The translations under genes were made by a program, and so were the position numbers. A stretch of 64,000 nucleotides of DNA from an uncultured Verrucomicrobiota bacterium. GTDB taxonomy: Bacteria > Verrucomicrobiota > Verrucomicrobiia > Opitutales > UBA9783. Positions 57,750 to 64,000 of this stretch are shown piece after piece. The stretch lies in the NCBI GenBank assembly GCA_946186275.1, contig CAMHMO010000001.1, positions 139,735-203,734 on the forward strand. Direction: 5' to 3'. The notes under the pieces were generated by a model. It saw nothing but the letters and a program-made list of their open reading frames with translations, was not told the origin of the DNA and searched no databases. The number at the start of each line of letters is the position of its first letter. The stretch's first letter is position 1.

Positions 57750-58769
57750 TCAATGTGAAAAAATTTCCCATACATAGGGTCTTTTGCCGAAGTTAGCCCT
57801 TAGACAATCAAAACGAATTAAATTGCCCATGCGTTGTCTGTCGATCTTTGAAATTTCATGATCAGTGTACACAGCCCTATAACATCTGCTCACCGTCGGA
57901 ATATCAGACAAGAGACAAAAAGTGTCATGTTTGAAAGGCGCATAAACAACAAGATTATACATCGCATGATTGATCTTGCGCTTTAGGTCTCTCACCAAAA
58001 AGAAATGGAAACCGTCAAATCCGCTGTAATGAACACACGTACACTCTTTCGGCAAATTGTAATCGACGAAAAATGACGTTTCGACCACAAAAGGTCTGTT
58101 TTTAAATACACCACACCCGCAAATCGTTCTTTGTCTTAAAGCGTTCTTCAAACGTTCGCGTATCGTTGCATATGTTTCTTCTTTTATTTTTTTGTATTCC
58201 TCGATAATTTTCCCCTTTTTTGATTTATCACCCTTTAAAAAATCACATACCCTCTCATGAGGAATTGTGACTGAAAATTTACCGTCGGTATCATCCTTCA
58301 AATCTGAAAATACAAATTGTGGCGCCACTTTTGATATAAACTCGTCAGGAAATTTATTTTTACCATAAAATTCCGCCCATTTTTCCATGTTTAGAAACGT
58401 ATCGGATAAAGTGCTATGTACCAAATTTGCCCGTACTCCATACGAAACATGTGAATACTTTCCTTTATCGCTTCTCCACTCCGAAATCGAATCGGCATCA
58501 TCGTAAATACGCAACCAACCCTTTGGCTGTAATATCGGCACCGGATACTTATCCTTGTCTCTCCATAGGATAGACACCGATTCCAGGCACTCTCCTTTTT
58601 CATTCTCCTTCGAAATAACAAAACGGGCACCCTTTTCCTGCATCAGTTCCTCCTTCACCACCCGAATGGTGACAATCTCCGCCTGCGCGGTTCCGAACGG
58701 AACCGCCGCAAGCCCCATTATTTTTATGTAGTTTTTAATATGATTTTTCATAAGTTCACAAATTTTCAC
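57750..58769 (-). CDS. Secreted hypothetical protein
   Basis: 339-aa ORF with signal-like IKIMGLAAVPFGTAQAE, Cys-containing C-terminal half, AT-rich. No family recognised. Confidence 0.5.
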   Translation of the reverse strand: MKICELMKNHIKNYIKIMGLAAVPFGTAQAEIVTIRVVKEELMQEKGARFVISKENEKGECLESVSILWRDKDKYPVPILQPKGWLRIYDDADSISEWRSDKGKYSHVSYGVRANLVHSTLSDTFLNMEKWAEFYGKNKFPDEFISKVAPQFVFSDLKDDTDGKFSVTIPHERVCDFLKGDKSKKGKIIEEYKKIKEETYATIRERLKNALRQRTICGCGVFKNRPFVVETSFFVDYNLPKECTCVHYSGFDGFHFFLVRDLKRKINHAMYNLVVYAPFKHDTFCLLSDIPTVSRCYRAVYTDHEISKIDRQRMGNLIRFDCLRANFGKRPYVWEIFSH

Positions 58770-59239
58770 CGCCGTTTTTCTTGGCCGATAAAATCGGCAT
58801 GATGTTTTTTAAAAGGGTGTCAAGCGTTTTTTTAGGTTTTTTTGGTTTTTTTTGGGGGAAAATGAAGAGATGTGCTCAAGGTTATAGGGACAAGGTAGGT
58901 AGGATTAGCAGGAGGAGGGGTCGGCAGGAAGGCGACGTGGATTTATTACAAAGACGGAAGCAGTACTTTCGGTTTCAAGTGGTGAATAAGGTTTGAATAA
59001 AAAAACCGTCGTACAGCTTGGTATCCCGTTAAAAATTACCTTGAACCACACATCCATTTTGCCAATCGAAAGCGAAAATTGAGATGTTCTACGCTTCGGT
59101 GGTGTTGTGAAAAATCTTAAAAAAATGAAAACTTAGGCAATATGGATGCAAAAAACCGCATCTTTGACGCGGTTCCCATACCTCACTTTACGAAACCATC
59201 TGTAATACACCTACAGCTAAACCCGGAAACCCTAAACGC

Positions 59240-60304
59240 CTAACCCTTCGTCACATCCGCACTCAGATAAGAAAAAACTTTTTCCAGACGATCGACACGC
59301 TTGAAAAGTTCCGGAAGCTTGCATTTCAGGCGATCAATACGGTGCGCCAGCATGAACGGAATCGCAACCGTTCCGCGCACAAAGGCATGATCTTCCAAAT
59401 CCTGCGAGACGCCCGATTGCGCTCCAACGACAACGTGATTGCCGATGCGCAAATGCCCCGCAATCCCGGCTTGACCGGCAAGGATGGTGTCATCACCGAT
59501 GTGCGTACTGCCGGCAATCCCGACAAACGCCACGATGAAGCAACGCTTCCCGATGATAACATTGTGCCCGATTTGAACCAAATTATCGATTTTCGTTCCT
59601 TCGCCAATGCGGGTTTCTTCGAAACGCGCGCGATCAATTGTCGTGTTGGCTCCGAGATCGACTTCGTCCTCCAACACTACGCGCCCGAGTTGCGGCGAAC
59701 GATAATGCTTCCCGTTCTCCGTTTCGTACCCGTAACCTTCTGAGCCGATCACCACGCCCGCATCCAGGTAACAACGACGCCCGATATGCGTGCCTTCCAA
59801 CAGCGAAACATTCGGACGCACAATGGTTTGCGATTGGATCGTTACGCGTTCGCCGACGTAAACGTGCGCGGTCAAAGCAACTTCTTCCTCAATCACGGCA
59901 TGCGCGCCGATGACACACAAAGGTCCGATAAAAGCTTTTGGCGAAACGCTTGCCGTCGGATCGATAACCGCCGTCGGATGAATGCCGGGTTTAAAACGAG
60001 GCTTCGTCTTTTGCTCAATATCGCGACAAATCGCATCCAGCCCCTTCGACGGATTTTCGAGCAACAAAAAAACCTGCCCTTCGTGCGGCGTTCCGACAAA
60101 GGTTGTCGGAAGCAAAATTAACGAAGCTTGCGACTGAAAAACTTGCGACTTGTACTTTAAATTCCCAAGAAAAGAAATGTCGCCCTTTTGCGCCTTCTCC
60201 AGGCTCGCAATCCCCGTGAACACCTTTTGATCGGAACGTCCCTGTATCTTATCGGGTCGCACCAGCCGAATAAGTTCCTCCAAGGTGTAACTTACGGGTT
60301 TCAT
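59240..60304 (-). CDS. lpxD: UDP-3-O-acylglucosamine N-acyltransferase
   Basis: N-terminal LpxD domain followed by long left-handed beta-helix hexapeptide repeats (..IGHNVIIGKRCFIVAFVGIAGSTHIGDDTILAGQAGIAGHLRIGNHVVVGAQSGV..). Conserved bamA-skp-lpxD order. Confidence 0.9.
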   Translation of the reverse strand: MKPVSYTLEELIRLVRPDKIQGRSDQKVFTGIASLEKAQKGDISFLGNLKYKSQVFQSQASLILLPTTFVGTPHEGQVFLLLENPSKGLDAICRDIEQKTKPRFKPGIHPTAVIDPTASVSPKAFIGPLCVIGAHAVIEEEVALTAHVYVGERVTIQSQTIVRPNVSLLEGTHIGRRCYLDAGVVIGSEGYGYETENGKHYRSPQLGRVVLEDEVDLGANTTIDRARFEETRIGEGTKIDNLVQIGHNVIIGKRCFIVAFVGIAGSTHIGDDTILAGQAGIAGHLRIGNHVVVGAQSGVSQDLEDHAFVRGTVAIPFMLAHRIDRLKCKLPELFKRVDRLEKVFSYLSADVTKG

Positions 60305-60634
60305 TTCCGTTTCCTTAATTCTCTTTGCACCGCTTTCTTAGAATTTTACACGAAAACGCCGATCCGCGCAATGTTTCAAATCTATCCCCGATTTAAAAGC
60401 GAAAATCAACTTCCAGAAACCCGCTTCGAGCTTCAGCCGTTCAAACGCCTCCGTACTTTACATATCGCCATGTCTGTGAACCCGCATGCGGCTCTAGTAC
60501 TTACTTACTACGCTTTTGCGACGAATCTAAACCACATTTTCGGGAATAATCCAAAGCACACCACCAGCTCCAATCAGCCCTCAGACGCTCCTCCTCTATC
60601 GCCCCCGCTTCTCGCAAAAAGACGTAAAATATGA

Positions 60635-61318
60635 CTACTTCTTGCCCGCTTCTTTTGTCTCGTTCGCCTTCGCCTTTGCTTCCTCCGCTTTTTTCTCCGC
60701 TTCCCGAATTTCCTTTTGATAAGGCTTATTAACCTCGCGAACGGCATCCGCTGTCAAATCCAGAGCAGGATCCGTATATAAAACCGCCGTTTTATTCAAA
60801 ATGCACTCCAAATTCCTTTCCTTCGCCATCCGCTCCATATCGAGGTTAATCTCTTTAAAATGTTCCGCCAAAACCGTTTGCCGATGCTCATTCAGCTTCA
60901 TCTCTTTCTCCTGCTGGAACTGACCGATCGCTTCGCCTTTTTGACGAATTTTCGCACCGATTTCCGTCAACTGTTCCTCCAACTTTTTGCGTGCATCCTC
61001 GCTCAAAGCGGGCGCATCCAGCTTTTTCATCAACGTATCGCGCTCTTCGAACAAAGGCTTTCCTTCATTCATCATCTTTTGCAACTCGCTTTCCGCCTGT
61101 TGCGCCAATAAACGAAAATTCTCCTGTGCCGCTTTCGCCGGATAAAATTCACTATAAACCTCGGCGAGATCCACCACTGCAAACGCTTTTCCCTGCGTCG
61201 CAACACGCGCCTGCGAACCGTCCGATGGAACAACGGCTTTTTTTTCGGCGGCAGACAAACAAACGCAGGACATCATCCCGACGCCGAAACTTAATGTTCT
61301 CAACAGTGAACTTTCCAT
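60635..61318 (-). CDS. skp: OmpH/Skp-family periplasmic chaperone
   Basis: Signal peptide, long Lys/Glu-rich helical body, and position between bamA and lpxD. Confidence 0.75.
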   Translation of the reverse strand: MESSLLRTLSFGVGMMSCVCLSAAEKKAVVPSDGSQARVATQGKAFAVVDLAEVYSEFYPAKAAQENFRLLAQQAESELQKMMNEGKPLFEERDTLMKKLDAPALSEDARKKLEEQLTEIGAKIRQKGEAIGQFQQEKEMKLNEHRQTVLAEHFKEINLDMERMAKERNLECILNKTAVLYTDPALDLTADAVREVNKPYQKEIREAEKKAEEAKAKANETKEAGKK

Positions 61319-61324
61319 AGCAAA

Positions 61325-64000
61325 TTAAAACGACGTACCGAACGAATAGGCAATGTGCGGTGCGCTCTTCTTATTATACGGATCCGTCCGCAAAGGAAAA
61401 GCAAAATCCAATCGCAACGGCGTCCCCAAAATATGGATTCGAAACCCGAACCCCGCATCGGCATTCAAACCGCCCGATTTCGGAAGGTGATATTTCTCAT
61501 TGCTCGCTTTATACAAAGCACCGACGTCGCAAAAACCGACCACGCGAAAAATATCGTGCAGTTTGATCGAATACTCCGTTTTTGCGAACCAAAACATCTG
61601 ACCGCCGAGGTTGGTTTCAATTTTATCCTTCGCTTTCGGGCCCACTTCGTGATAGTCGAAACCGCGCAAATCATCGGGCCCCCCAAGGAACTCGCGTTCG
61701 TACAGCGAAACATTCTTTCCAAACAGACCGCGTACATACCCCGCTTTTCCGCCGACCATTAAAACCTGTTCGTGGTTGGGAGAGATTAAGTACCACCCTG
61801 CCGCACCGAAACGCGTACGAAAGTACTTTGTGGCACCACCGAGACCCGCAATCTGATTATCCCAAGAGATGTAGGTTCCGCGCGTCGGATAAATGAAATG
61901 GTTGCGCGTGTCGCGTTCCATCAGGAACCCGATCTTGGAAATTACCCGCCCGCCCTGTTCATCCAAAACCGCCTGCGACTCGTTGTTCCTGTCGACGCCC
62001 GTTAATTTAAAATGCTCCAAGTGGTAATACAGTTTTCCGATGACCTGTTCGAATAAACGCTTCCGCAGATAGACTTCGCCGCCGATGCGCCGCTGTTTGT
62101 AGGATTTACTGTCCAACTTGCTGACGGAGAGAAAGTTGCTGAACCCGAAAGCCAATTCGCGGTCGTACAACCACGGCTCTTCAAAAGACCATTCCAGCGA
62201 CTTTGTGTATTTACCGAGGGAGGTGCCGATTTGAAACTTTTGCCCGGCACCGCGAAAATAATCCTTCGAATTTTGCCAATCGAAATTGTTTTGGCTCAAT
62301 GTAATGCCGAAATTAAATTTGCTCACGTTATCAAAACCACCCGTAAAAGCAATGCTCCCTGTTTTATTTTCCTCAACCGCCACCTTCAAATCCTTTTCGC
62401 CGGCACGATCGCAATCCTCGGGAATGAGCGCGACCGATTTAAAGAAGCCGGTATTTTGCAGACGCGCCTCGGCACGTCGCATGCGCGCCAAATCCATAAT
62501 ATCCCCGGGTGCCATGTTCAATTCCCGCAGAATGACCTTTGATTTCGTATGGGAGTTGCCCGTCAAATAAATGGAGTGAATGCGATACAACTGCCCGCGC
62601 TGCACCGTAAAATGCACATCCATCCGATGGTCGCCGACAAAGGTACGTTTCACTTGAACATCCGCCGCCGCATACCCTTTACAACCGTAGAATTCGCGAA
62701 TAAACTCACAGGCGTTTTCGATCGCAACGGGCGACGCCGCACTGCCCTCTCTTAAACCGATCCATGCCCGCAAAAGCTCATTGTCGTTCGGCTGATCGGA
62801 AGAAACGGTTGTGTTGTTGATCCGATAACACTCGCCTTCGTCGATGCAAAAAATGACATTCCAATGCTCTTCGTTGAGCGTCCACGCCTTCTTCGCGCGC
62901 TCCAAAATCACGTCGTCGCGGTCAATTTTAACATCCAAATACCCGGCGTTGATGTAAAAATTGCGCAACGTTTCGATATCTTCCTGCAACTTTTCCTCTT
63001 CAATGCGTCCTGATTTCGAAAAAAACGAGAACAAATTCCAGGATTTCGTCTGCAATAAATCCTTCAAGTCGCTCTGTTTAAACGCTGTCACGCCCTCGAA
63101 GGACACACTGCGGATTTTATGTCGCCGCCCCTCCTTCACGAAAACGCAAATTTCTTCGTAGCCCTCCTGGCTCGGTTCCGACTCAATCTCGACCTCCGCA
63201 TCAAAAAAGCCCTTCGCATGGTACATATTCAGCAACCGCATGCGATCCGCCCGCAACCGCTGCTCGTTGAGCGGCTGATGCACGCGGCTTTTCATTTCTG
63301 CAATCAATTCCTTATCTTTAAAAAACTTAACGCCCTCAAAGTAAAAACCGGAAACTTTCGGGCACACATCCAACGTCAAATGCAAATCGAACGTCCCGTC
63401 GCCCGTTTTTTGGAGGCTCCAATCGCAATTTTTCACCCAACCGCTCTCGTACAACCGCTTAATGGAAGCATGAATGTTTTTCTTAGAGACCGCCTCCCCT
63501 TCTTTGAAATTCAACAGCGAGCGAACATACGCCTCCGACACGCTTTCCGTTCGTTTGCGCGTAATTTTAAGCGCACTCAAACGCCATGTTCCGTTATCCA
63601 AAAAATCAAACTTCTTATCCTCTACCAATGCGCGCTGAAGGCTGTCCGCGACCCTCTTATCGTCGTCCGAAACATCTGCCTTGGTTGCCGAATGATTTTG
63701 CGACTCTCCTTCCTCGACACCGCCCGAAACCGCCTCCGTACTGCCGGCACCCCGATCTTCCGACAATACCCTTTGGGCGCGCGCATCTGTACCGTTTTTA
63801 CCCGAAAACCCCTCGACCAAAGGCGACTCCGAAACTTCCTCAAGCGGCGAAACGCTCTCACCGAGTGCCTCCTTCAGATCTTTTCGGAACTGCATTCGCG
63901 ACCGAATATAAGATTTGGAAGCCTTCCTCTCCTCAAGTTCACGCAGACCCAAACTTTGCTCCGAAGAATCGGAAATTTTATTTTTTCGCGTTGTAACCGC
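61325..64000 (-). CDS. bamA: Outer membrane protein assembly factor BamA (5' end beyond the right edge)
   Basis: Repeated POTRA-like units, C-terminal barrel ending ..HIAYSFGTSF. The frame stays open from 63952 to 64000 (..AVTTRKNKISDSSEQSLGLRELEE..), so the listed TTG start is not the real one. Confidence 0.85.
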   Translation of the reverse strand, partial: AVTTRKNKISDSSEQSLGLRELEERKASKSYIRSRMQFRKDLKEALGESVSPLEEVSESPLVEGFSGKNGTDARAQRVLSEDRGAGSTEAVSGGVEEGESQNHSATKADVSDDDKRVADSLQRALVEDKKFDFLDNGTWRLSALKITRKRTESVSEAYVRSLLNFKEGEAVSKKNIHASIKRLYESGWVKNCDWSLQKTGDGTFDLHLTLDVCPKVSGFYFEGVKFFKDKELIAEMKSRVHQPLNEQRLRADRMRLLNMYHAKGFFDAEVEIESEPSQEGYEEICVFVKEGRRHKIRSVSFEGVTAFKQSDLKDLLQTKSWNLFSFFSKSGRIEEEKLQEDIETLRNFYINAGYLDVKIDRDDVILERAKKAWTLNEEHWNVIFCIDEGECYRINNTTVSSDQPNDNELLRAWIGLREGSAASPVAIENACEFIREFYGCKGYAAADVQVKRTFVGDHRMDVHFTVQRGQLYRIHSIYLTGNSHTKSKVILRELNMAPGDIMDLARMRRAEARLQNTGFFKSVALIPEDCDRAGEKDLKVAVEENKTGSIAFTGGFDNVSKFNFGITLSQNNFDWQNSKDYFRGAGQKFQIGTSLGKYTKSLEWSFEEPWLYDRELAFGFSNFLSVSKLDSKSYKQRRIGGEVYLRKRLFEQVIGKLYYHLEHFKLTGVDRNNESQAVLDEQGGRVISKIGFLMERDTRNHFIYPTRGTYISWDNQIAGLGGATKYFRTRFGAAGWYLISPNHEQVLMVGGKAGYVRGLFGKNVSLYEREFLGGPDDLRGFDYHEVGPKAKDKIETNLGGQMFWFAKTEYSIKLHDIFRVVGFCDVGALYKASNEKYHLPKSGGLNADAGFGFRIHILGTPLRLDFAFPLRTDPYNKKSAPHIAYSFGTSF

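Noticed and set aside
60188-60634. 148-aa + strand ORF in the skp-lpxD spacer
   Set aside because: It partly overlaps the lpxD 5' end on the opposite strand and has no motifs. The 330-nt spacer is unusually long, but I could not find a supported feature in it.

Overview
This looks like a chromosomal window from an anaerobic, possibly host-associated member of the PVC superphylum. That placement is an inference from a single-chain pyruvate:ferredoxin oxidoreductase, pyruvate phosphate dikinase, a 52-aa 'small basic protein' ORF of the kind I recall from Verrucomicrobia/Planctomycetes-type genomes, bamA-skp-lpxD, and many orphan secreted proteins. Housekeeping genes: nifJ, ppdK, a class B PBP, prs, tRNA-Thr(CGU), efp, rnhC, RNase P RNA, fabZ-fabI, gpsA, radC, a SulP permease, lpxD, skp, and bamA (5' end off the right edge). 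Accessory content: (i) a decayed Upf1-like helicase at the left edge with a G12 tract and an in-frame TAA. (ii) Six tandem TyrP/Mtr-family (HAAAP) permease paralogs. (iii) A surface-glycan locus (DegT aminotransferase, SAM methyltransferase, ThDP E1 alpha/beta pair, priming sugar transferase, Wzy-like polymerase). It also holds a gene trio matching the Campylobacter jejuni Cj1418-Cj1417-Cj1416 phosphoramidate-precursor pathway; the kinase-like gene is frameshifted and an adjacent TagF-like transferase is a pseudogene. (iv) Two large paralogous orphan proteins plus a small upstream gene. (v) A Gabija-type OLD nuclease + UvrD helicase pair starting 5 nt after nifJ. (vi) Three paralogs of an unassigned secreted HExxH protein family flanking ppdK. 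(vii) A Panacea (DUF4065) antitoxin-like gene with a membrane-anchored partner next to rnpB. (viii) Two long (GA)n/(CT)n microsatellites, one directly upstream of an outer-membrane beta-barrel gene. I saw no rRNA, CRISPR array, integrase or intact IS element. All calls rest on reading the translations and sequence by eye; no database search was run.
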